DNA from: Folioceros fuciformis
Lineage: Eukaryota
Assembly (NCBI GenBank): GCA_049999805.1
Contig: JBNGIO010006249.1
Span: 408,981 to 454,795, forward strand
Direction of reading: 5' to 3'
Length of the DNA: 45,815 nt
Shown: piece after piece, positions 22,601 through 32,473 of the stretch
Position numbering within the stretch: the stretch's first letter is position 1
Layout: every line of letters begins with the position of its first letter
The notes under the pieces: generated by a model
Told to the model about the DNA's origin: nothing
The model's database searches: none
Seen by the model: only the letters and a program-made list of their open reading frames with translations
Translations under genes and position numbers: made by a program

Positions 22601-23151
22601 AAAACATAGTCATTCGGTCTGACACGCGACCCTCGTAGCTCCTTGTATACCCTGACACCCTCGTGAGCCTGCCCGTACTCAACATAGGCTGCGATCATGG
22701 AAGCCCAAACAAACGTGTCAGGCGCTGCCACTTGCTGGAACACCAACCTCGCTTCCTGCAAGCTTCCTTGAGCAGCATACATCCGGATGAGGTGGTTGGC
22801 CAGAAACGTGTCGGACTCTAACCCACATTTCACAATAAGAGCATGAGCACATCGGCCCACCACCCAATCTTTCTTCTCAGTAAAGCCTTTCACCAACCGG
22901 TACAACATGGGTGCAGACCACGAGCTTCCATGTTGACTCGGTTCTCGTGATGCCTGCTCACGTAACCCATTCCATGCTCCACGATCCAAGCTGCGTGGGC
23001 GAATTTGCGTTTCTTGCCTGGCAACCGCGGAGACAGAGTTCGCTCCAAGATCCCAGCAAAAAGCGCATGCTCGCTGTGCGCTGCCGGTAAGGAAGCTCGG
23101 ATAGATGAACGAAAAGCCCTTGACACCATCGCACCTCCGGATACGCCTCAT
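19681..23151 (-). CDS. PLS-class pentatricopeptide repeat RNA-editing factor, 26 PPR motifs + E1/E2 + variant DYW (DYW:KP type, ends DHH)
   Basis: Single long ORF with L-S-(P-L-S)x7-P2-L2-S2 repeats and E1/E2. It then reads KMPARALIEV, HAEKLAIAFGL, KNLKMCNDCH and RDAHRVHHFKGGTCSCGDHH. The first in-frame ATG at 23151 gives an Arg-rich putative transit peptide; an alternative ATG lies at 22908. Confidence 0.95.
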   Translation of the reverse strand: MRRIRRCDGVKGFSFIYPSFLTGSAQRACAFCWDLGANSVSAVARQETQIRPRSLDRGAWNGLREQASREPSQHGSSWSAPMLYRLVKGFTEKKDWVVGRCAHALIVKCGLESDTFLANHLIRMYAAQGSLQEARLVFQQVAAPDTFVWASMIAAYVEYGQAHEGVRVYKELRGSRVRPNDYVFVAVLKACASSGDVDSGKEVHGDVMGAGMESNVFVGSALVDMYAKCSAVNEAQQVFDRISVRNVVTWSAMIAGYAQNGLAKEALQLFMDMVRSEVSPDNVTYACVLKVCGSMRDLKEGMSVHSQIVEKGLELDAVVGNSLLDMYVKCGRLDDARKIFDRCPSRDVVAWTTMIGGYGQHGLGHEALRLFWHMEEDGKTAPNNLTFATILKVCSGLGALQAGKQVHDQILKRGVESDKFVGCALVDMFAKCGSLEEARSVFDRLPIKDVITWNVIASAYLHKGLNAQALTLYTRMEQDGVEPDSATYVTVLKACSGLGENMLQEGRRIHGRILEAGIGSDVCVGNALVDMYAGSGSLLDARTVFERLLNKDVVTWNIMIGGYAKYGFAEEVLNLYARMQEAGVMSTAVTVCSILKACGTMGSLCEGRRMHAEIVDRGLDTDLFVGSALVDMFAKCGSVEESRRVFDCLPVRNVVTWNAMIAGYALNVHAQEGIELYRAMELDSLVTPEKSTFVTVLQLCGSSGAMTEGKRIHEQILKLGLETDVSVGTALIHMYGVWGNLNDARTAFNRISDKDVVVWTSIIALYAQHGLGQEALALFQSMDVAPNGVTFACILKVCASMGAIGEGKRIHIQLFKTGCEADISVGNTLVDMYAKCGRLEEAQEVFDRLSCRNVVTWTALINGYGQHNDCERAIECFQAMQAEGVEPNEATLTALLVACGHVAWVEEGQHYFTMMEELFGIVPTLEHYTCMVDLLGRAGCLDDAERLLELMPWEPDVVGWMSLLNACKCYGNVERGRTYFNRIVQLEPHQAGAYVLMSSMYAGAGRWRDAEEIEKLRRSAGACKMPARALIEVDNKVHEFLVGEKSDDISLRLKTLITQLKGEGHLPASNLVLKRISATQKEDTLCGHAEKLAIAFGLLHTPRGTPLLVTKNLKMCNDCHSVSKILSKLEQREIVVRDAHRVHHFKGGTCSCGDHH

Positions 23152-25153
23152 CTTCCTCTGCAGCCCTGCAGGACAAGCCACCAGATCCCTGCAGCCTTGA
23201 GACGAGCCTGTGCGGCCTGCACCACCTCTCCATAGGACATTTCGCTACGACACTCGCAGAGCAATTCAAGTCCCAAGCTCAGGTTTGCGTTCCATCCTTC
23301 AAGCCTGCACACGGCTGAACCAAGCTGATTTCACATTCCAACAGTGCAACACCCTCCATTCTTCGTCCTGAAATCCGGAACACGAGTCCATTTGTGTGCC
23401 TGGATACCTAGTAAAAATGCAGTGGCTTGGCAGGCTTCGTGTGCATCCTTCCTCGTGCAAATCCTTGAGGAGCAATGGCTCGTTCCATGCACAAGGATCA
23501 GTCTCCATGGGCTTCATCCCTTCCTTCCCGATGCACTTCCTTGGGATGGATTGTTCCCATCTCTTGCAAGCACATACATACATGCATCGATGAGTGTGTC
23601 GTCTCCTACGTGCTGTACACACAAGTGCTCCGTTCTCCAGTTTAAAATACAATCTCGAAGATTTTCAAATTTTACAAAAAGACCCAGAGAAGTGGGCGAG
23701 GACGTGTGGACGTTATCTGCAGCCTGTCCTACATAAACTGATGAGAGATTCAAAATCCGAGTCCGTCTTATCGACACAATCATTCCGACCTTGAGATGTG
23801 TCACAGGAAAAGACAAGCTTTTTGGTGCGGGGCCGAGGGGAAGCGAGTGCAACTCATGACGAGGCCCGTTTTATAGAAAAGAAGATGGCGGTGCGGTGGC
23901 GACGATTGTGGCGACTCATTAATGCTGTCTGACGCTGATATTTGAGACCGGAAATAAAATCCCATTCGCCTTCACACGCCCCCGCCATTTCGTGGACGGT
24001 GGGGCCTGCGACTGTCCTTTGACTTAATTCTGCCGTTAACTGCGCATTAAAACTGCAGGGCCGGCTTCCGCCTTCGCGCAGCCCTAGAGGTTCCCAAATT
24101 CCTCATCGGGAACTCGGCCTCGCCTGGGAAGCGCTAGCCCCGGTGCGTGGAGCCCGGTGCCGCATCTCGTTTCCCGCCGCAGCCGCAGGGCTATACTGGA
24201 TCGCCATCTGCGTTGCAGTGGCGCCCCCTGTGGGGCACGGCAAGGCCAGTTGCTCGGTCCCAACGCGCACTGGGCCTCCTTCCTTGTACTGGAGCGCCTG
24301 TTGCAGAGCAACAGCCAGAGGTGGCGGATGGCGGATTGGAGGAGACTGTTGCTTCACACGGCCGCTGGCTATGGCGATTGGGCCCCGCGCGTATGTGGGC
24401 ACGCCTGGTTGGTTGCCGCAGGAGATTGTGGAGGTGTGAAGTCGTTGGAGGTGGTGTGCTGAGGGGACAAAGGCAGGCTGCCGGTGGCCCTCTCGACGGA
24501 GTGTCGGACGAGCGCAGTCGTCGGGAGGCAGGGAAGGGGAGNNNNNNNNNNNNNNNNNNNNNNNNNNNNNNNNNNNNNNNNNNNNNNNNNNNNNNNNNNN
24601 NNNNNNNNNNNNNNNNNNNNNNNNNNNNNNNNNNNNNNNNNGGCAGGCTGCCGGTGGCCCTCTCGACGGAGTGTCGGACGAGCGCAGTCGTCGGGAGGCA
24701 GGGAAGGGGAGGGGAGGGGAGGGGAGGGAAGGGAAGGGACGCGTTTTGCGGAAGGGAAGGAAGGGATGTTAACTATGGTGTGTGGAATGGCCCGGAGCTG
24801 TGATTTGTATGCGTTTGAGAAGAATTTGGCAATTCTGAGCTCGTTCGAGGGGGTGATGAGAGAGTGAGCGCCTCCCTGATGCCAGAGTAGATGGAGATGC
24901 GGTGGAAGGAGGCGGGGAGGTGATTTGGTTTTGCCTGGCCTGGGATGTTGCATGGATCTGGAAGAATGGGAGAAGCGAGCAGAGGAGGGAGGAAATTGGT
25001 GGACGACAGGGTGCTGGCGGTTGAGCGTTTTCTCGCTTCCGGCCTCCGAGTTTCAGGGGAGGGAACGGGAGCGGGGAGTTGGTGATTTGGGACTGCCGAT
25101 CACTTGCATGCGGTTGAAAGTAGCGGTGGGAGATCGTGGTAGAGGGTAGGAGA

Positions 25154-26950
25154 ATGGGAGGACATGTCAGCTCCATTAAAGGGAAGCTTAGAGATTCTAA
25201 TAGGAGAGGCAGCAGAGCTCCGAAGTTGAAGATCGGAATTCTGGCTTTCGAGGTGGCGAATGTCATGTCTAAGGCTATGCAGCTGTGGCAATCCTTGAGT
25301 GAGCTGGAGATTCTCCGGCTTCGGACGGAGGTGATTAAGGCGGAAGGCGTGTTGAATCTGGTGTCGGATAACGAAGCGCTGCTTCTCAGCCTCGCTTGTG
25401 AGGAGAAGTTGCAGGATTTGACTGCCGTGGCCGCCGCGGTTGCGCGGCTCGGGGGACGCTGCCAGGATGCCGTGCTGCGGGGCTTTGAGCATATATTTAA
25501 TGACATGATGACGCAGACGATCGATGTGAGGTCGTGGGAGTTTTCCGGGAAGGAGATGGATTCGAAGATGAAGAAAATGGAGCGGTGCGTCATCTCTACC
25601 ACGTCCTTGTATCAGGAGCTGGAAGCTATGGCAAATTTGGAGCAGACGCTGAAGCGGATGCTAGACGACGAGGCCAACACGCCGAAGGATGTGCTCGCGG
25701 GCATGCAGCAGAAGTCTGGGTGGCAGCGGCAGGAGGTGAAGTACCTGAGGGACTTGTCGCTCTGGAACCGCACCTATGACAAGGTTGTGCGGCTTTTGGC
25801 CAGGACAGTGTGTACTATACATGGACGGATTGTGACGGTGTTTGGCTCACCTATGCTCGGCTTGCCTCAATTCCCCCCGCGACCGGTCAGCAATGGGGAT
25901 TTGAGGCATGGCTTGTTCCCCCAGCCTTCCTATCTCAGTTCTGACGGCACTCACCTGTCTGGCCGAGACGTCCATCTCTCCGACTCTCGTTCCACCTCTC
26001 CCACCCCAAACAGCTCCCGCTCTTATGGAATGGCTATTGAGCTGTCGAGCTCCCCACCCCCTTTCTGTTCCATGCAGGAGAGGGACAGTGGTTCTCTGGC
26101 TGCTAGGGTTTCCACGGAAGTCCGGCCTACCTTTTACCAAAATGAACTTAGTTCAGGCCCTCAAATCACTCAGCATAGGAACTCCATCTCTTCCTCTCCC
26201 AGTTATCAAAATTCCCTTCTCTCCCACTCTCTTGTCTCCTCTGCAAATTCAAGGGTGCATGGAGAGATCTCTCGAGTTAGCGGCTTCTATCAAGGTATTT
26301 CCAGTCCAACAACTGCTCATTCTCATTCTCTTCATCCAGGTGCTCAGTACGGTGGTCGGCATTCTTCGGCTGGTCAGAACGTCCGCAATCATGGCATGAT
26401 GATGTTTCACCCGAAACATCGCATACGAAATGCTCCTTCATCGACGTTAGGAGGGTGTGCCCTTGCTCTCCACTATGCCAATGTGATCATCATCATCGAG
26501 AAGATGGTGCGTTTTCCGCACCTGATTGTACAGGATGCCAGGGATGACTTATATCAGATGCTGCCCAACAGCGTGCGAACGGCTCTGAGGTCGAGGCTAA
26601 GGGCTATAATGAGGTGTTATGACTCAACGAGGTATGATACTGGAATTGCTACTGATTGGAAGAGTGCCCTGGAGACCATTCTGGCCTGGCTGGCGCCCCT
26701 TGCACACAACATGATTCGGTGGCAATCGGAGCACAATTTTGAGCAACAACAGATGGTTGCCAGGACAAACGTGTTGTTACTTCAGACCCTCTACTTCGCA
26801 GATCAGACGAAGGCCGAGGCAGCTATAACGGAGCTGCTTGTAGGGTTGAATTATGTATATGGCCATGAGCAGGAAACAAGGGCAGCTGCAGCTGTGTTGG
26901 AGTACTCCAACCACGAGGAATACGACGAGTATCTTGATTGGCGTTTTTAA
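25154..26950 (+). CDS. DUF3475/DUF668 family protein (intronless class, PSK SIMULATOR-related)
   Basis: KIGILAFEVANVMSK (DUF3475 start), STLGGCALALHYANVIIIIEK...ARDDLYQMLP (DUF668) and WLAPLAHNMIRWQSEHNFEQQ...LLLQTLYFAD. Single exon; ATG at 25154 (MGGHVSS). Confidence 0.93.
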   Translation: MGGHVSSIKGKLRDSNRRGSRAPKLKIGILAFEVANVMSKAMQLWQSLSELEILRLRTEVIKAEGVLNLVSDNEALLLSLACEEKLQDLTAVAAAVARLGGRCQDAVLRGFEHIFNDMMTQTIDVRSWEFSGKEMDSKMKKMERCVISTTSLYQELEAMANLEQTLKRMLDDEANTPKDVLAGMQQKSGWQRQEVKYLRDLSLWNRTYDKVVRLLARTVCTIHGRIVTVFGSPMLGLPQFPPRPVSNGDLRHGLFPQPSYLSSDGTHLSGRDVHLSDSRSTSPTPNSSRSYGMAIELSSSPPPFCSMQERDSGSLAARVSTEVRPTFYQNELSSGPQITQHRNSISSSPSYQNSLLSHSLVSSANSRVHGEISRVSGFYQGISSPTTAHSHSLHPGAQYGGRHSSAGQNVRNHGMMMFHPKHRIRNAPSSTLGGCALALHYANVIIIIEKMVRFPHLIVQDARDDLYQMLPNSVRTALRSRLRAIMRCYDSTRYDTGIATDWKSALETILAWLAPLAHNMIRWQSEHNFEQQQMVARTNVLLLQTLYFADQTKAEAAITELLVGLNYVYGHEQETRAAAAVLEYSNHEEYDEYLDWRF

Positions 26951-29039
26951 GTTGGCTCTCAAAATGGCCGGCTGTCTTATACTCGATCCGCATCTGTCAC
27001 GCACATCCAGTTGTTTGTGGCATCCGAGGGTATGCTTCCAGCTGTGTGTTGCGTTGTGGATGGCCTGCTCCCCAGGACCCTGATCCGACAAACTGTGCGA
27101 GGGGAACCTGAAATTCCCGACTGACGATCGGGGAATCGGTAATTTAATGAGTCAGGAGATTCCTGGTTTTGTAGATACCACGACAGAGCTCTCATTGGGC
27201 ATGAGTCTCTTTGCGGCATGGCAAGGAGAACGTCATGATAACCAGGCCATCGCCGCCAACTCTGACATTCTTTCAGGAACTATTCTTCCGCTGCAAGATA
27301 GAGATGACAAGCAGACAACGCCTTTGTCTAACTTATTCGATGAGTACTTCATTCTCGGCTTTCGCACACATTGGATCTGGTAACTTGTAAAGTAAGTCGT
27401 TGTTGTAATCCTCAATTGTTTGTCCACTGTGTGCTTTCGTGAGGACAGAAAATAAAGTAATTGTATTCCAAGGACGGCAGCTTTGTCCTCGTCTCCCGAG
27501 ACAAAGTGGTTGTGGGTTCCAATACCGGAGGGGGAGCCTCCTTCGTCCGTAAGACCTTCGTTGCATGCGTACTGGACTTCCCACATCCAACTGTTTCCTT
27601 GGTTCTGTTTCACAGGTGTGTCAGCTGTCTTTCTCTTGCGTCACTTGCATGTACATACATACATCTGTGTATTGTTCCCATCGTCGCGTCCTTTACCTAC
27701 CCGTGTACTGTATATTGTTCTTCTGTCGTCCACACGATCTCTGAGAAGTGCGCGCTCCCGGACAAACAGCCGTGTCCCTTGTCAGGTCTCTCTGTCAGCT
27801 GTCTCGCACTGGTTTCTCATTATTTGAAGGTTCCGTGGTCGACGCTCTCGGTGGCAACAGCATCAACAATTTTATTTATGGCACATGGTTTTGTTCGCCG
27901 TTACCTATGACTTGATGAGCCCGTTTCTCTTTTGTTAAAAGTGAAAAATAACCACTTGAACTTTTCCCCCTTTGCCTTTAGTTTCTCTCCAGTAAAAATC
28001 GTCACAAATGGGCGAAAACATGCATTGCACGAACGAAAATCAAGCATCTCACCAACAGAGGTACGCAACCTCCTCCCACTCGTTGCGGGATCGTGGACGA
28101 CCTATCTGGCGTGCACGCCATGTCGCAAGGCTCGTCGGAACGGCTGAGGGCCACACCCAGCTGGCGTTGCCGGTGCGCAATATTCAATGGCAACTTTTCC
28201 AAGAGTAGTCTAAAAAAGTTTACAAGTTGCCGCAGGCGACTGGAGCTCTCTTGTGTGGAAGGATTGGAGCAGAGGGCACAACTTGAGCAACTCACTGCTG
28301 CAAAACTACTCTGTACATCAAGTCGTCCAAGGCTGTGTCTGGAACAACCATAGGTCTGAACAAACATAACTTGGATTCCAGAAGGTTCTTAGGACACGAG
28401 AAGGCAAACCTAGACTGCGAAAAAACATCTAGGGAAATGGCATCTCAGACTTCACAAGGTCCGATCAACACTAATGTCCACAAGCAGCAGTCGTAGATGA
28501 ATCAAGACATAGGAGGGGTCACATCATGCCGTACGTGCCTCAGCTCTGCACCAAGCACTGCACACATCGGACATAAGCTTGTGCTTCCTCTCTGCCCTCG
28601 CCTCACATTTACCCGGCCCGAGCTCTCTGTCTTTTTGCCAAGAACACCTCATTCTGCTCAAGAAAGCGATGGCACGCATCCGTTGATGCCCCTTTCTCCG
28701 ATCACGTATCCCAACCTCTGACATCTGACGAGGAGCAGGCATACATGGATCATGCCTCACGAGGGGCCACATCCTGCTCTACGGGCCTCTGCACCAAGCG
28801 TTGCAGATCGGACATAGTCTTGTGCTCCCTCTTGGCCTTCTCTTCGTAATGTACACGGCCAGGGCTCGCTTGTCTTTTGCACGGTGAACCTAACTGGTTG
28901 TGTCGATTTCTCAAAACAAACCCTCCTCTCAGTGAAATTAGGTTTACATACCGTAGGTAGGTAGGCACTGAAAAACGAGCGTCTCCGGAAGCTAGAAGAA
29001 CTAAGCAAGGCAATAACAGGGCCACTCTGGTGTGTTGTG

Positions 29040-30081
29040 ATGGCGCGTTATGACAGAGCCATCACGGTATTTTCTCCAGATGGCCATCTCTTCCAGGTGG
29101 AGTACGCTCTGGAGGCAGTGCGAAAGGGAAACGCGGCTGTGGGAGTGCGGGGCACTGACATAATCGTTCTAGGGGTGGAAAAGAAGTCCACTGCCAAGCT
29201 GCAGGATGCCAGGTTATGGCTGCTTGTGTGATCGGTTCCATAGCTTGCGTTACGAACTGCCGTCTTTGAGGGCTACCTTGGAGCGTTGTTGAGCTGAGCT
29301 GACGTGATTTGCAGGGCAACGGCGTGCGCTCATGAGCTGGTCTCTGATGACCTAATTGTTGCTGATCTTCAGGACTGTTCGGAAAATTCTGAGACTTGAT
29401 GAGCACATTTCACTAGCATTTGCTGGATTGACAGCAGACGCTCGTGTTCTGGTAAATAGGGCTCGTGTTGAGTGCCAAAGCCACAGACTGACAGTTGAAG
29501 ACCCGGTGACAGTGGAGTATATCACTCGCTTCATTGCAGGTTTGCAGCAGAAGTACACTCAGAGCGGAGGTGTGCGGCCTTTTGGAATTTCCACCTTGAT
29601 TGTTGGATTTGACCCATACACCAAAGTGCCCTCCCTCTACCAGACAGATCCGTCTGGGACGTTTTCCGCATGGAAGGCTAATGCCACGGGTAGGAACTCT
29701 AACTCGGTGCGGGAATTTCTGGAGAAGAACTACACAGAGACATCAGGGGCTGAAACTGTGAAACTGGCTGTTCGAGCTCTTCTCGAGGTAATGTAGGGCA
29801 AGTGTGTGGAGGAGTGATCTGTTTGCAAGTGTTGATAACGTGGGTCGGTAAGGGTACTCTGCACAGGGCAGTACACATCATCATGTTCCTCATGCTTAAC
29901 CGTTATGCGCTCTATACAGGTCGTGGAAAGTGGCGGGAAGAACATAGAGATTGCCGTGATGACCAAGGAGACAGGTTTGCGGCTGCTTGAAGAGTCTGAG
30001 ATCGAAGAGATAGTCGCTGGAATAGAGGCAGAGAAAGCAGCTGCTGAGGCTGCAAAGAAGGGTCCACCTAAAGATACTTAA
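29040..30081 (+). CDS. PAD1: 20S proteasome subunit alpha-4 (alpha type-7); exons 29040-29212, 29373-29787, 29920-30081
   Basis: [30 protein letters not shown]..., [21 protein letters not shown] and [14 protein letters not shown]...[13 protein letters not shown]. Introns are GT-AG and in phase. Confidence 0.97.
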
Positions 30082-30399
30082 CTCCTTCCTTGTCCCTCTA
30101 GCCTACCACTCAAGCTTGCTCCTGATGGACATCCCAGATTTGGAAGTCTCTCTTTAGTTAATCGAGGACCCTTTCTCAAATCCAGATTCAGGCCCAAGCT
30201 ACTCAGATGCAGATGGGGATTCAAGCTACTGTACTCTGTCTCTCACTGCGAAGCTATGTCATGCAGGTCCAACCCTGTAGAGTAGAGTGCAAGGGCATGT
30301 TTATCCTCGCACTCAAACCACAACTCGCCCGTCACAAACGTCATGCGCTGCTGAGCATCTGTGCCTCGGTCGCGTAATAGTGATACTTAAGGGATGGCG

Positions 30400-32130
30400 G
30401 GAAACTTGGAACTCAAGCTTCAATAGTTTTCATATTCGGTGTCCAAACTTCTTTTCTAGTTTTTTATTTACAAAAGAAAATCAATGTCCGTATCGACCCT
30501 AACAAATCAAGTGGACCTTATGACTGTGCACTAAGAAATACCGATACCGACACTTCCGTATAGCATACGGTCCTATATTTTTAATTAGCATACAGTCTCG
30601 TTTTTGAACCCAATGGACATAGCTTATCCGCAGGTTATCACTCGAACATAGACTTTTTGGTATGTCCATCATAGCATTCCGATCTAGCCAATCACTCCAT
30701 AAAAGACCTTTTTTTTACCTTTGCCTTCTTAACACACCGCCCAACACATTACACTTTTTTTCAAAAAGATCTGGTTATGGTTTTTAGGGTTTGAGGTACA
30801 AGGTGGACCGAAGTTCATTCTCCTTCCAAGCAAAGTTCGTAGCTAGCCAAGTCATCTCCTTTGAGGCACAAGGTGGAACCAAGTTCATTCTCCAACCAGG
30901 CAAAGTTCGTAGCTAGCCAAGTCATCTCCTTTGAGGCACAAGTTGGAACCAAGTTCATTCTTCTTTAAGGCAAGGTTCGTAACTAGCCAAGTCATCTCCT
31001 TTGAGACACAAGGTGGAACCAAGTCCATTCTTCTTTAAAGCAAGGTTCGTAGGTGGAACCAAGTCCATTCTTCTTTAAAGCAAGGTTCGTAGCTAGCCAA
31101 TTCATCTCCTTCGACGCAACTATTGTGTTGCAACACCTTCAGCTATAGAGAGGTAGGGCGAACGAAACCATATAGTATGGCTAATAGAACCATATATTCT
31201 AAGTCACAGAGCAACATGACCCCAGAACAGTTTGTGAACAACATCACAGACTCTACATGACTTTACAAAGAGCACAAATGTCATTCCATGGCCATGGAGT
31301 GGCCTCCTCCTCCGTTAATGGCTGCAAGGACACCTCCAATGGCCCCATTTTGCTCCTACACTACAATATATCTAGTCATGTGCACTGCAATGTCCAAACA
31401 ATTCCAGAAAGCCTGTACCAAGGGAATCCGCACCCTAAACCTAAAGGGCTACGTGCATCCTGAAATCTACAATGCAAATAGTAAGGCAACTTGCATATGC
31501 AATCCTCACATATATGTTGCACTTGTTCTTTATAACTACACAGTGCAAGGCCATTTAACAATCTGGACTTGCCATCTGCAAGAAAATCCACAACTAGGGT
31601 CAGCACTTGCATACCACTTTTGCAACCTATAAGGCCATTTACAAGCTCAATTGCACAGCACCCTTAGTTGAAATCAAACCCTCCAATCCCTCCCTACAGC
31701 TGCTCACCCTAGGGTATGAGAGAGTGACACCCACAACAATTTATAATTTGCAAGGCAATATGAGGACAAGTTGCATGGCAAATTTGCAAGGACACTTTGC
31801 GAGACCCCTAGGCTGCATAGACACCTACAAGGCACTATCCATGGGCTATCTACAACATAGTGTACCTAGACAATCTCCAATCCATTGTGCAGAGACAATA
31901 TGCAAGGTCATCACATTCCACAGGAACAATCTACTCATTCAATGCAGTTTCTTGGGACAATCTGCACGTTCACTGCTCTCTATAGACTCAATCTACAAGG
32001 GCAAAGCAGTTCGCAACCTAGAACTGTTTACACGAAATTGAAAATACTGAATACATAAATAAATAAATAAATAAATAAAGTGTAAAATATTAAATATATA
32101 GAATTTCTTTAAAAAACAGAATTTAAAGTA
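30400..32130. mobile_element. Possible decayed transposon or repeat-derived AT-rich island
   Basis: Sharp drop in GC and CpG relative to flanking genes, internal minisatellite, many TGCAA/CTACAA words at 31250-32000, and (TAAA)n at ~32056-32079. No transposase ORF or termini identified. Confidence 0.35.
30791..31110. repeat. 70-bp minisatellite, 4 units plus an internal 40-bp duplication
   Basis: Units start at 30791, 30861, 30931 and 31001 (ttgagg(c/t)acaaggtggaaccaagttcattc...caaagttcgtagctagccaagtcatctcct). 31011-31050 is repeated at 31051-31090. Confidence 0.95.
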
Positions 32131-32473
32131 TAAGTGGGTGTGAATGGAATGGCATGGCTCGGAGGACGCGAACGGCGAAAGCAGGAATGAGAAGGGACGG
32201 AGGATAACGTCCGAGGCATGTACTGTACGTACAGTATGCTTCTAACGAGAGATTATACGGTTAACCCGAGTCCCGTGGAAGTCCATCGAGGAGTTGGTTA
32301 ATCCTGCTTGATTCGCGTTGAAGGGCTGAGAGACGTATCAACCAGATGTAGCAGCGTGTGCGAGGAGTAGACGAGACTGGATTGATGTGCGTCTCAAGCT
32401 CTTTGGGCATGTGACAGCGGTCGAGGTGTCCAGGAAGCGAAGATTCGGTCGATTCCACTTTCCTGTATATGTG

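Noticed and set aside
24472-24711. Identical ~70-bp sequence on both sides of the 100-N gap
   Set aside because: Most likely an unmerged contig overlap (assembly artefact) next to a G-rich tract, not a biological direct repeat.
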